Source of the DNA: Octopus sinensis
Taxonomy: Eukaryota
Direction of reading: 5' to 3'
Length of the DNA stretch: 64,000 bases
NCBI RefSeq assembly: GCF_006345805.1
Contig: NC_042998.1
Span: 102,362,001-102,426,000 of the forward strand
The notes below the pieces were generated by a model. It was not told the origin of the DNA, did not search any database, and was given only the letters and a program-made list of their open reading frames with translations. Positions 1 to 12,415 of this stretch are shown in pieces (within the stretch, counting starts at the first letter, position 1; each line of letters begins with the position of its first letter). Both the position numbers and the translations under genes were made by a program.

Positions 1-226
1 AAGTAAATGCCTGAGTACAGTCAGAAGAATTTCTTTAAGTATGCACCTATTATGTTATTACGGCAAATATGCTTACACATACATTAAACTATCAAAAGCA
101 CATCGGGTGCAAGAAATAACGAATGCTGTTCCTAAACGAGAATAATAATAAAACTATTTTATTTTAATGCTACATAAATTGTAACTTTTAGAAATAACTA
201 ACAGATATGACACCTGCCACAGGGAA

Positions 227-356
227 AGAGAGAGAGAGAGAGAGAGAAACATACACACGTACTGATACATGCGCACATTCGTACATACATACACACTCAC
301 AAAAACAAGCACGCATACGATCACACACAAACACACACACACACACACACACACAT
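227..356. repeat. Compound (GA)n/(CA)n microsatellite region
   Basis: Direct reading; it explains the Val/Cys- and His/Thr-rich pseudo-ORFs at 154-397. Confidence 0.9.
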
Positions 357-2209
357 CTGTACGTCATGCTTAATCTGAAAACATGGTGAAGAGGCACAAT
401 AGCAGCGGTATTCTTCTTGAGATAATAACTGTTATGGACGTGTCACGTTTATAAATACAACAAATAATCAGAAACTGAAAAAAATTGAATAGCCGCAGGG
501 GGGAAATTTGTAAATCTGCATTTCTTAGCTCTGGCTTTAGTGAGTACAATGTCCTCACTGCCAATCACATGTTACCAAAAATTCATCGCTACTATTCCCG
601 GTAAAAAATTTTACGAATAGGTGTTTAGCTGAATGAATGTCCATTACATGCAAAAGAAGCAGCATTAGCTAAAAATAGACATCTGTGTGTCATACGTAAG
701 ACAAATACATCGCTAAAAGGCAAATTACGAACGGTATTCTTCCGGAAATAATATTTCTTATTGACGTATTCAGTTTAAGAACACAGATATATAATATCCT
801 GTGGTTGTATGATGGGACAAAGCCAAAACACCTCAAATATGCTGTACATATATCCCACTCACTGGCCATATACAAGCAAAGATCACGTAGATATATGAGG
901 GGTTGCAGTATCAAATCTTAACACCCGAGATTCCTTGTAACAGCACAAAAAAAAAATGCTTCGAAACATCCAGATTCATTGTCCACTTCCCAGAGTAGAA
1001 TCAGGACACGTAAAAAAATACATGAAACATAAACATTCCACTGGCTCTCAAACTGTGATGTGATATAAACCAGAAACAATATATACAGGCCAACAGGAAC
1101 TAACGTATTATATACAGGACTACCCAGACCACCAAGGTTATGGAATCTAACTAAATCTACAGACGCACTAGAATAAAATAAACAGTGGAAAGAGTGCTCT
1201 GCGTCCAGACTGTCAAGATGCTCTGTATTCGATTCATTACAGTATGACGGAAATTGTTGAATGGTACTCTGCTAACTGGAGATACGGTTATATTTTCATC
1301 GCTTTTACTGTCTACCTCTCGTTATTTATCTCGTTATTTATAAAGGACAACAAGAAATATAGCACGCGATACATTATTACAATAAAAATAGCAATAATAA
1401 TGGTTACTCCTACGCTATTAATCCAATGTTATTAATAGACTTCTATAATTCTGTTTTACTTATTACTTTGAACAGCCATCAGTTGAATTAAACCTTAAAA
1501 CACCATGTAATCGATATGAATAATTTGCTATGTCTCTATAACCATTTGATGCAAGATTCTTTTTTATGTACATTACCCTTATTAGCTTTCACTAAGTCTT
1601 TCATATCCAATATCTATCAGATGCGTTTCATATGTAGTAAGACAATTAATTACACCAATTATCCCTTGTTTATAATAATTCATTCCTTACTACATTTTAT
1701 TCTATTTACGGGTCTATTTGGTATTTTTCTGGTCTCTTATGGAAATTATAGCTGTAATGTTTTGTTGCGTTTTCTTAAATAACAAGCATTTTTTCCTTTC
1801 TTACTTAAAATATTGTAAATTCAGTATTCGTCCCGTAAAACATACTATAGGAAATTTTATGGCAAAAAATAACCTCTCAGTTTCCTTTCTATATTATCGT
1901 TCTTTGAACAAAACGAGTTCGTTTTGTCGGTTCTTATATATAGTTGATTTAATAGACACCGAAATGTTTCACTAGGTTTTACTAACATTTGTTTTTTGCA
2001 GTGATGTAAAGAAGTCACTTTTTACACATATTAACATGCAATTGTATTTTTAATGTCTGTGTTTTTAAGTATGTGTATTGAGGCAAAATTTCCAGTAATA
2101 TAACTGAGTCTACACATACGTATACTTGTGACTAAACACACACTCATACGTTTACATAGTTATGGGTATCATTAAGTCTATCAAAGTTTGTATATGGTTT
2201 TATATATAT

Positions 2210-2505
2210 TCTTTTATTCTTTTACACGTTTCAGTCATTTAACTGCAGCCATGCCAGAGCACCACCTTCAAAGATTTTTTAGTGGAAGAAATCGACTCCA
2301 GGACTTATTCTTTGTAAGCCAAGCACTTACTCTATCGGTCTCTTTGCCGAACCGCTATGTAATAGGGGGCATGAACCCACCACCAAATGTTCCCAAGCAA
2401 TGGTGGGGGGAATAACACACACACAAAGACATACACACATAATGACTTACGCGCGCGTGCGCACACACACACAAGGCCCTGGTCGGCTTGACGCTATAGT
2501 AGAAG
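2210..2505 (-). mobile_element. SINE family 1 copy (lacks tRNA head, diverged)
   Basis: Reverse complement matches the body and tail of the full copy at 52227-52632 (ccgaaccgcta, ggacttattctttgtaagcc, tttcagtcattt, (ttttac/ttttat)n tail). Confidence 0.85.
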
Positions 2506-2848
2506 TGTGTTTGTGTATATTTTATATGTATATGTTATATATATATTATATATGCGTATATACATTGTATATATATATATATATATAATATATATAAATA
2601 CTTACATACATGCACAAATATTCATATACATACACACAGACACACACAGACATATATTTAAATATATATATATATATATATATATAATTAATAATATCAA
2701 AGGGTAATCAGAAATATGAGAAATTTCCATTTCCAGAGGCCTAGCGTGTAAAAACCTTGCATGCTAGAGAGGATAGTTAAATTCCAAACCAATATTAGGG
2801 ATAAAATTTCGAATGGAATGGAAAATAAAAACAATTACCTTCTAACTC

Positions 2849-2916
2849 CTGAACCAATGGTTTCAGACATTTTTTAGCAAATAAAATAATTTGCTAGGCG
2901 ACGCCTTCTTCAGCAG
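2849..2916 (-). ncRNA. Type-I hammerhead ribozyme motif (left arm of foldback A)
   Basis: Minus strand reads ctg-CUGAAGA-aggc...[tagcaaat/atttgcta hairpin]...gtct-GAAA-ccattgg-U-U-cag. Stem I is ctg/cag, stem II aggc/gtct, stem III the near-palindromic accattggt, with a GUU cleavage triplet. Confidence 0.65.
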
Positions 2917-3158
2917 CTACACCTTAGATTAAATATATATACACGAGGCAATCCATGCTTATACATTCTAATTTTTCAATTTACCGCGCAAGCGAAGATC
3001 CCTGTCGGCAGTAAATAAATATGCCGGCTTTTTCATTTCGAAAATTTTCCAGGAAAATATTTATCAATAATTAATATTATTAATAATTAATATTAATAAT
3101 TATCGATAATTTTTTCTTGGATAATTTTCGAAATGAAAAAGCTGGCATATTTATTTAC

Positions 3159-3275
3159 TTATTTCGTTACTACCCACAAGGGGCTAAACACAGAGAGGAC
3201 AAACAAGGACAGAGAAACGGATTAATTCGATTATATCGACCCCAGTGCGTAACTGGTACTTAATTTATCGACCCC
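3159..3275 (-). mobile_element. SINE family 2 (tail-B) 3' fragment inside foldback A right arm
   Basis: tacccacaaggggctaaacacagagaggacaaacaaggacag...cgaccccagtgcgtaactggtac matches 16451-16688 and 40668-40897 and is absent from the mirrored left arm. Confidence 0.9.
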
Positions 3276-3383
3276 ACTGCCGGCAAGGAGTTGCGCTTGC
3301 GTGTTAGATTTGAAAAATTAGAATGTATAAACAGCGGGCATATACTGGATTGCCTCGTATATATATATTTAATCTAAGCTGTA

Positions 3384-3453
3384 CTTGCTGAAGAAGGCAT
3401 CGCCTAGCAAATTATTTTATTTGCTAAAAAACGTCTGAAGCCATTAGTCCAGG
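3384..3453 (+). ncRNA. Hammerhead motif, mutated (right arm of foldback A)
   Basis: cttg-CUGAAGA(3388-3394)-aggc...gtct-GAAG-ccattag-U-C-cagg. The core GAAA has changed to GAAG and stem III has a G>A change, so it is probably inactive. Confidence 0.55.
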
Positions 3454-4709
3454 AGTTAGATAGTAAACGATTTTATTTTTCATTCCATTTGAAATTTTAT
3501 CCTTCATATTGATTTGGAATTCAACTGTCCTCTCTAGCGTGCAAGTAGTCCTATGTTGGATACCTCTTTTGTGTTTAAATGTACACTGTATTTATATACA
3601 CTCATAAATACGTACGTACATTTACGCACAGAGACATATGTGTATATGAGTATAAATTTTCACTTTATACGTATGTGAGAAAGTAATCGCAAATTCTCTT
3701 TTGATTTAAATTTGACGTCTAGATTTCTTAATGTTTTCATCTTTATTATGAAAGCTAATTTTAATAATATATCTTGTGATATTTAATATTTTTGGGTGCT
3801 GGGGTTGGTCACAATTTTTTGCAAAGAAGGTAGACTTTAATTATATAGTATACTCAGTCCTTTATTCTGCTGTGATCTCTTTTATTGAAAACACGAAATG
3901 CAAATGTTCAAGCAGCGTGTTCTTAGATGTGGCACGTATACTATAAACATTATGAAATACGAAGTAAAACACCCGATTTACACATGCATACTAATCGAAA
4001 GGTTCATTATTTGATAGTCAGCATTAGTTAAATCAAATTGTGTGCACGTCTGTATTCTATCTGATGTTACAACAAATTTATACTGTGTGGCTCACCTCAT
4101 TAAACACTGTAATTTATTCTGTTATTTGAAATGTTTAAATATTTATTTAACCATTAGGGACTTTTTATCACCATTTTTATATTTGGTAGCTGGTTTCTAC
4201 TGACAAAGTTTTTCTTCACGCATACATGATTATAAAAAAATATGTAGGAACTATTAATAAATAAGATTCGTATAATTTAAATCAACGCTTGATTAGTGAC
4301 AGAATGTCCATCTCACCCAATGTAGTTCGTAATCCAGTATATGAGTAGGGGGACTAGTTTTACCTTTGTATAGATAGAGTTAATTCATAATCATGAATAT
4401 TTATTCAGATTATAGGAAAATGACAGCGTCTATAAACTGATCTCTAATTTCGTTTTAACTTCATTCACTTCAGAATCTATTATTTAGTATACTTCTGATG
4501 TAAGGAGGCCATTCATTTCACAGACCTAGTGCAAATGTAACAACTCCAGATACAACAATCACGCATCATATGGACCACTGTATTTCAAATTCCCACACGG
4601 ACCTCGAAATAATTACCTAAATATGATGTTACTTAAAAATTCGTATTTTGATACCCAACAAATATGTTGAGTGAAATGATATTTTGTTCCAGTACCATAA
4701 TTTTTGTCA

Positions 4710-5213
4710 TCTTTCTATAATGGGCGTTATGTTCGCCTGTCTGTCTGTCCGTCTCTTTGTCTGTTCCCTCTTCATGGCCAGACGGCTGGACTAATGGCTA
4801 CGATACTTTTCGGGATTACAAAGACGGTTGTCAGGAAAGATTATAGCATTAAAATATCAGAATGTATGATTATTTCATGGATATCGATTTTTCAATTGAT
4901 AAACTACCTTCGCAGTTTTACTAAAGATTCACCGACTATGAGTAACTCTGGATTTTCATCGTACAGTTCGTGGTTATTGAAGAGTACATTTACTAGTTAT
5001 TAAAGTATGTCAGTCTCGAGCATGATTCGAAACAGTTAATCGAAGTGGCTGTTGTTTACATCTCAGTTTTGTCGATCAAAATAAGCCATGGCACCAGAAC
5101 CTTCAGACAATATTCGAATAGGAAGGTGAGAGGTAAGTTTTAGTTTGATTTTTTGAAGCCCTAAAGAGCCACTCGTGCATTCACAACACACGAGTCACAG
5201 GGTCAAACTATAG
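4710..5213 (+). mobile_element. Non-autonomous Helitron-like element
   Basis: It starts A|TC, has an internal (ctgt)n-type tract near the 5' end, and a 7-bp hairpin actcgtg/cacgagt (5171-5195) about 12 nt upstream of a degenerate CTRR-like end (ctatag). Confidence 0.45.
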
Positions 5214-5566
5214 ATCATGTAGGTGTATTGAACCCACTCTGATATTTACGCACAGCTAATTGTACGTTGCTATGAGGAGAGCAACCCACTCCAGTAATTT
5301 GAAAATTAGTGTCAAGCAAACAGAAAATATCGTCTACAAAGAAGTTTTGTAATCATATTAATATTATCGAAAATAATATGATTCACAATTCAAATAATTA
5401 AATTTGTGAACGTTTGAATATATGAGAGTATAAACATGCGTAGAATAGTGTAAACATCTAAAATAAAATTATATCAAAATAAGATTTTTTTTTTAATACT
5501 CTTTATGTAGAGGTCGATGAAATGAATTGTTAGTTCGGCATATGGCATCTCAAGATATAACTATTT

Positions 5567-5661
5567 TCTCTGATGAAATTATGCTCATGTCATATTTAAT
5601 GTAAATTTAAGGAACAAAGTTGTAATTAAATTATTGAGTATTAATTGAAACGGCTGTAAGA
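5567..5661 (+). ncRNA. Type-I hammerhead ribozyme motif, solo (PLE-type)
   Basis: tct-CUGAUGA(5570-5576)-aattatgctc...gagtattaatt-GAAA(5647-5650)-cggctg-U-A-aga. Stem II has 10 bp with one bulge, and stem III is one change from the palindrome acagctgt. Confidence 0.65.
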
Positions 5662-8600
5662 TGTAAAGCTGACAAATTTGTTAACGATAAATATTAACTT
5701 TCTACTCTCTATTTTCTTTTCTTCATTTAACTGGATAGAAACTATATGTTTAATACATTCATATTATGTTAAGGGAATTTCATTCTCAATAATACTAGGT
5801 ATTGAACCAGTATTTCCTTGGATGAAACCATGCCTTTGTGAGGTTAACATAACCTCTAATTAAGTGCATACACACACATACACACACACGCGCGCGCATT
5901 TATATATATATATATATGCAATTCCACGGAGGAAAAGATGATTCAGTACTCTGAGTTTAAATGGGCCTATCGCAAATGCACGATTGGAACTGAAACCAAC
6001 AGTGAACATTGTATGTGTATAATATGGGATCGTGTACGAAATACAGAAAAAATATTTTATTATTAAAACGCTGCCAAATTTTTTACGATGACAACTATAC
6101 AGAATGAATGTTAGTATTAAATTATAAGTTGACATATTTTTATTGGTTTTTTAATTCCTCAATTTCTTATAATAAATCTTGATTGGAAGAATTATTTCTG
6201 AAATTAAAAATAACAGACTAGTTAAATGTTTTATCCTTCTCGTAAATACCAATAAAGAATTGATGGAAGATGCATAGCATTTAGTTGGCAATATTACCTA
6301 ATGCATATTAAGAAACAGTATCTCCTGTCACAAGACAAATGCTGAGTCTGAATTGTAATAGAAATTTAGAGGATAGTATTCATAGAATTAGCTAACGAAG
6401 TGCTGTACAAAACGGAAACAATTATCTTAGAGAAAAAAACATGATGTATTAGACAAGACAACTGATATAATACTCTGTATATAATAGGCAAAGAAAAAGT
6501 AATGAAAACATTTTAAATCATAAAACGAGAAAAAATACAACTGGTGTTAAATAAAAAAAAGGCACATGAAATACATTACCCAATGAAAGAAATATATCAA
6601 TCAAGTACGAGGCAAAAAATATAAATAAGTTACCCACGTAAAATGAAGAACGCTAGAAAATCCACATAATTTAAGCAAGAACATGTACTACTCAAAGAAA
6701 TACAAAGAAATTAAAAACCAAACTGAAACAAACCGGAAGGCTTAAAAAATATATCATATCAGTTGAAGTCAACTGATTTTAGATAATTTTTCTAAAGAAT
6801 GAAAGCTGAGCATACCAACGTACACTCGGTAGATATGAATCAATGAAATCAAAATCAGATCCGTTTTACTTAATCCGTTTTAATTAATATCGGAGAAGAC
6901 ATTCATGCTAGAAATGGCACATCCCAGAGACAGATTAAAGAGAGTTACAAAGATGAGTCACCTATCAAAAACGCGATAGAAGAATCCTTTCTAGAAGTAA
7001 GCGAAGAGACTTTAAAATAGGGGAGGTTCAAGATGGAAATGACGATATTTTAGTAAAATTAACTTATAAGCATACTGATTTTTGGTTTTATTCGCTCATA
7101 ATAGTAAGCTCTCTCCTAATTATATTTAACTTGGTAGAAATATCAAACAAATACACATTATAATTCCTACTATCGTCTTAAGAATTGGTGAATACGCTGG
7201 ATAACATAGTCTAGTATAATTATTTGAAAAAAGAGGAGTTACAAAGTTGATCAGAGGATAAGGCTGAACGTAAGAGTAAATCTTCGACACATAAAACATA
7301 GAGGCCTTTTGCAACAAGAAACATTTAATAGGTAAGTACAAAACAACAATATACTCACAAATAGAGACAGCAAGATGCACAAGTATGCATAATTATAATT
7401 AAAAAAACAATTACGATAAAATTTTAAAAAACGAATTTTCTATCTTTACCTCCATTGTCATATTCCTAATTTTGCTGTGAATATAAAAACACCAATACAA
7501 GAAACGTCATCTTATACATAAGGCACACACAAACAACGAGAATTACGAAAGCGACCAGTGAAATTGGAAAAAAAGAAACTATTTATAATATATTACTGCG
7601 CAGCCTTACAGTTCTGATTATATTTATGGAACTTAAAATTATCGCATATAACATTCAAATCACTGTTTTATATGCTTTAAAAAAGCTGTAATTCTATGTC
7701 CAATACTTGAAGCATTAGATCCCGAGGTCCTTATCTGCAGGGATTGAGAGGTTAATATTCCTGCTAGTAGGGCCCGTGTAAATTCCATGGAATGGAAAAA
7801 ATTAAGAGGACGTATTTAGGAAAGAAAGGATGATTTGCATTTTTATGGCATTCATAGCTTAACTTTCTTTAAATATTCTTGACGTTCGTCTACATTCATT
7901 TCCTCACGTCGGAGTTGTCCTTTTCCTCTTTTTATTGTCTTCTCACTGACCATCTCTGGTCCGTGCTCTACATCTGCTCATCCTTTCTCCGGCAACTTGT
8001 AAACCTCTTTCTTGTGAATCCACAAATAAACTCTTATAAACAAATATCAATTTTCTAAACGAACAGACCCTAATGAATTGCATTTATGCGCATGTATTAA
8101 GCGATGATTGCTATAATAGTCTGCCCTGTCCATCACTCTCTATCTACTTTTCTTTAACCTCATCACATTCTGTTGAATTTTGTATCCTAAACATATCTCC
8201 TATTCCCCTTTCACTTCTGCTATCTTTCTAACCACGTAATAAATATTCCTTCCCACCCCACGACACATCGTTTACACTTCTCTCTCCCTCTTTTTCTCGC
8301 TGTTCTTCCTCTCGTTCTTCGCCTCAACCTTCAGCTAACCACGTGACGCATTTGGCGAAAGTGTATTAATATTAATGACCTTTCTCCATTTCTTCATCAC
8401 TTCTTTTTCCACTCCTTTCTCCCTCTCTCTCTTCCTCTTACTCTACCTCTCATTCACGCCACCTCCACACCTCTAACTAACTAATGTATAATGGACGAAC
8501 GATAACGAAGATTATTATATAAATGCTTATGCATAATACATGTAGCACAAACATTATCTGGGAATTAATAAAGCACAGTGAGTTTAGAATAAAAGCATTC

Positions 8601-8679
8601 AACTGACGAAAGCACTACAGATGAGTGATTTGATCAAGTTATTCGATTGCAAGACTAAAATATTATACGATGCACTTAA

Positions 8680-8830
8680 AACAAGTACCAGTGCTCGACT
8701 GGTACTTTCAACATGGAAAGGTTGAAAGGGAAAGTCGACCTTAAATAAGTTTGAATTCAGATTGTAAAGGCGGACGAAATGACACTAAGAAATTTCAACT
8801 TTGTGCTTACGAGTCTGCCAGCTTCACCCC
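8680..8830 (-). mobile_element. Old SINE family 2 copy
   Basis: actggtact...gaaagggaaagtcgacct...tttgaattcaga...gacgaaat...ctgccagct resembles the family 2 core and head. Confidence 0.6.
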
Positions 8831-10049
8831 TTAATACTATAATTTGTATTAAAAAAGATAAATGGATATATCACTTATAGCCTCACCAAATCTCGACCAA
8901 TTTTGATACATTGACTACAGAATTTTTCATTCACTCCCAACTCCTAGGACAACATAAAATCGACTAGAATGCACCTAAAGCACATAAAGACATGGATGAC
9001 GCCTTATCGTCACAACAGATTTCCGTTTATATCCTAACTATTTAAGACAAAAGACTAACATACTAAGGAATGGATTACTCGTTACTAGTATTAAAAGATT
9101 AGAAATTTCTTATTTCCATAACACTCCCCATAACAACCTCAAAAAGAGTGCTTACTCCAACAACTGTTGAAAATCAGCCAACGGTAAGAAAAAGAGGAAA
9201 CATTGAAAGAAGTCAAAATAGAAATCTAAGTATATTTAACATTCTTATAGAGTCCTTCCTTCTGTAGGTCACGAAAAAATATGATATGAAAATTACGTGA
9301 ACTCCGACATCTCAAGTCCTGATAAGATCACAAAAATATATGAACATAAATCTCGAGTGAGGTAGCGTGACACATACGCACAACTCTCCACACTACAATA
9401 TTTATGCTAAATATATCTAAGGCATTCAACTCTTTCTCAAAATCACCTGATTTCATAGCGTTGTGTTTATTCACCACAAACTATATATAATAAATACATA
9501 AAAACAAGCACCATTCTAGCTTTTATGCTTTTAGTAGGTCACAGATAAACTACTTATTAATTTTCTTGCACCGCTAGTATAAATTAATGTCTGTTTTCTT
9601 CTATCAATCATTAAATCAGAACAGCCTCGCATTATTAGATTGTCAACTCAGAGAGATATTCAGAAATTCAAGGATGGTAACTTATTGTTGCTTACTGTTC
9701 GAATTATAGCGTAATACAGAAAGAAAATTTTCATCAACTCTGGGTGCTGGTGTGGATGTGTTTACGGTTTTCACTTCTCATAAGTTGACCTAGTAGGGAA
9801 CCTCAGTGTCTGTCTTCGACTAAATCATTTGAGTTGCCTCTTTCTACATTAGATATACTTTCTAATCCCTCTGAAATGAGTTTCTAATGTTGTAAACAAA
9901 AAAGTACTCGACATACAGTATTTTCGTAGATATAAATAAATAAGTAAATTGGAGGGTTACAACAGGTTTTGCTTTGACTACATTCATTGGTATTCGGGAC
10001 AACCTATAAGAGAGGAATAATAAATACAATGCAAAACTCTCCCCTTCAG

Positions 10050-10735
10050 TCGAGGAACATTTTCAATGGCATATCTAGAACCTGACATTTCTCACATGGT
10101 TTATATTAAACACTGTCCTTGCCCACACTATTATTTACTTTGTATTTTTCTGTCATGCTGAAAACAGTATTCGAGTGTGCTACAGAAGGAGTAACGTTTG
10201 AGTATAGAACCAGTGGTGGCTTGTTCAACCAACAGCACTTCAAAGCAAAAACTAAGACTTTGGTGCAAACAGGTAGAAGTTTGATCTTCGCAAACGATTT
10301 TGCACTTGTAATATACACTCTTGGGGACATGCATTGAATTCTAAACAACATCCTAGCGTGCATCGAAGGCTATTAGACAGACCATCAGCATAAAAAAAAT
10401 CTGAGCTTGTCCATCAACCCTTTCGTGACCATCCTCCCGTCGTTGCTCCTACAGCAGATGTCGGGAAAGCATTAAAAACTGTTTCATCCCTTCTCTTGTT
10501 TTGGTTCCACTGTGTTCAATGATGCTAAGATGGATAAAGAAATTGAGTCCACAATTAAGGAGCTGTTGGAAAGCCATTCTTATGCTTCAAAGGCAAATTA
10601 AAACAGAAGGTGAAGCGATGCAATGTTCCCTTTTCTTCCTGGCAAAAATAAAGCAGGTATTGCCGTCCACTCAAGGAAACGTAAATGATCCATAGGCACT
10701 CGAGCAAACTGTGTCCTCAAGTAGTTCTCTTACTG
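10050..10735 (+). pseudogene. RTE-clade LINE ORF2 remnant (RT C-terminal half)
   Basis: PTLLFTLYFSVML...GVTFEYRTSGGLFN..FKAKTK...LIFANDFALV is the RTE RT signature (FADD degenerated). The fragment contains stops and frameshifts. Confidence 0.75.
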
Positions 10736-10739
10736 CTTG

Positions 10740-10924
10740 ACAACACCAGTTGTCAACTAGCAGTGGGGACAAGCACACACACACACATACACACACACCA
10801 AATCCACTCACAAAGTTTTGATCGTCCATAGGCCATTCTAGAAGGCACAAGGTGCCACACAGTGGGCCTGATCCACTATGTGGTTAGGAAGTAAGCTTCT
10901 TACTACGCAGCCATACCTGCGCCT
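10740..10924 (-). mobile_element. SINE family 1, 5' half with tRNA-like head
   Basis: Reverse complement gives ggcgcaggtatggctgcgtagtaagaagcttacttcctaaccacatagtggatcaggcccactgtgtggca, which matches the head at 52227. Confidence 0.8.
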
Positions 10925-10934
10925 ATATATATAT

Positions 10935-11210
10935 AGGGAGAGTTTACGGAAAAAACAAAAGACGAAGACAGGTGATGTACAAAACAAACATATGTATTAG
11001 TATAACGCTCAGGAATAGAGAAAGTCTTTTACGTTTCGAGCCTACGCTTTTCTACAGAAAGGGACACAGAAAACAAGGAGAGAAACAAGGAGAGAAAAAT
11101 GTGTGTAGTGGCTACCGATCTATCATGGCGTCTGACTCGGACACAAGGGTCACAAACGAGAGGGAAAGTAGGGGAGATAACAAAGTGAAGATGACCCCCA
11201 GCTCGTAGGT
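10935..11210 (-). mobile_element. PLE-LTR-like repeat with decayed hammerhead (11026-11061)
   Basis: Minus strand reads ttt-CUGUAGA-a-aagc gtag gctc-GAAA-cg-U-A-aaag. It has the same compact HHR type as 39929-39962, and its left part is shared with 45775-45860. Confidence 0.55.
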
Positions 11211-12120
11211 GCGTGTGTGTATAAGAGAGTATGTATGCGCGTGTGGTCTGGACGTGTGCGTGTATGTGTAGGTGTGAAAATGTGGGGATGGGTGTGTGGA
11301 TGGTGTGTTGTGATGTGATGTGTAATGTTGTATGGTGTAGTGTGGTGTGGTGTGATGTTGTTTGGAGGTGGGGGAGGTGAAAATGGGGAAAGCACGGGTG
11401 GGGTGTGGGTTCGGCTGAGGGTTGGGGTAGAGGTGGGGTATGTGGGGGAGGGTGTGGGGGATAGGATGGGCGATGGGAAGGTGGAGCAGGAATGTGTAGG
11501 GGTGGGTGGGCTTATGGGGGAGGGGAAGGTGGGTAAGTGAGGAGAGAGAGGAGGAGAGAAGAGAGAAAGAGAGTAAGAGAGAAAGAGTGTAGGAGAGAAG
11601 AGAGTAAGAGAGAAAGAGAGGAGAGGAGGAGAAAGAGAGTGAGAGAGAAGGGAGTAAGAGAGTAAGAGAGAAGAGAGAAAGAGAGGGTGAAAGATTATGA
11701 GAGAAGAGAGAAAGAGAATAAGAGAGGAGAGGAAAAGAGGGAAGAGAGAAAGAGAGTAAGAGAGAAGAGAGAAAGAGAGAAGAGAGAAAGAGAGTATGAG
11801 GGAAGAGGGAAAGAGGGGAGAGAAAGGGAGAAAGAAAGTAGGAGAGAAGAGAGAACGAGAGAAAGAGAGTAAGTGAGAAGAGGGAAAGAATGTAGGGGTG
11901 AAGAGAAGTAGGAGTCGGGGCAAGAGAGGAGAGTTGGGTGGGAAGAAGGAGGAGGGAGGGAGAGAGAGGAGAGAAGGAGAGTGAGGGAGCAGAGAGAAAG
12001 AGAGAAGAGAGAAAGAGAGAAGAGAGAAAGAGAGTAAGAGAGAAGAGGGAAAGAGTGTAAGGGTGAAAAGATGTAGGAGTAAAGAGAAGTAGGAGTTTAG
12101 ATGAAGAGGGGAGGAGAGTT
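11210..12120 (+). repeat. Low-complexity tract: GT-rich, then G-run-rich, then ~600-bp polypurine (gagagaa/gagtaa-type units)
   Basis: Direct reading; the + strand is almost C-free over ~11540-12120. Confidence 0.9.
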
Positions 12121-12317
12121 GAGCCCAGATATACAAAAATAACTCATAAATAAACTTGACAATATGCATTCATTTCATTACAAAAATTTTAAAAAGTCAC
12201 AAAAATTAACAAGGGTATGGATAATTTCGAGGACGACCGTATATTTCAAAATGTTTAGTTTAAAAAATTAATTAGATAATCTGTACGTCAAATTAAATAG
12301 ATCCGAAATATATAAAA

Positions 12318-12415
12318 ATGCAAAGCCGACCTCAGTGAAATCAGAATATGAAGCTAAACGAGATACTGCTATGTATGGCGCCCGGCGCGTTAACGTTTCT
12401 GCCAGCTCACAGCCT
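12318..12415 (-). mobile_element. SINE family 2 head fragment
   Basis: gcaaagccgacctcag...cgcccggcgcgttaacgtttctgccagctc matches the head at 16640-16683. Confidence 0.65.

Larger units (their letters stand above)
2756..3545. mobile_element. Foldback element A: ~320-bp inverted arms, each with an outward-facing hammerhead; SINE fragment inserted in right arm
   Basis: cttgcatgctagagagg (2756) mirrors cctctctagcgtgcaag (3545). The arms align through to an AT-rich palindromic centre at ~3060-3115, with roughly 85-90% identity by eye. Confidence 0.85.

Noticed and set aside
370-914. Two weakly similar segments (cggtattcttc...ataata...gacgt) about 330 bp apart, with faint RLE-like translation
   Set aside because: The similarity is too short and degenerate to call a repeat family or gene.
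11150-12169. 339-aa Ser/Leu/Pro/Phe-rich ORF
   Set aside because: It is the stop-free reading of a polypyrimidine low-complexity tract and has no domain.
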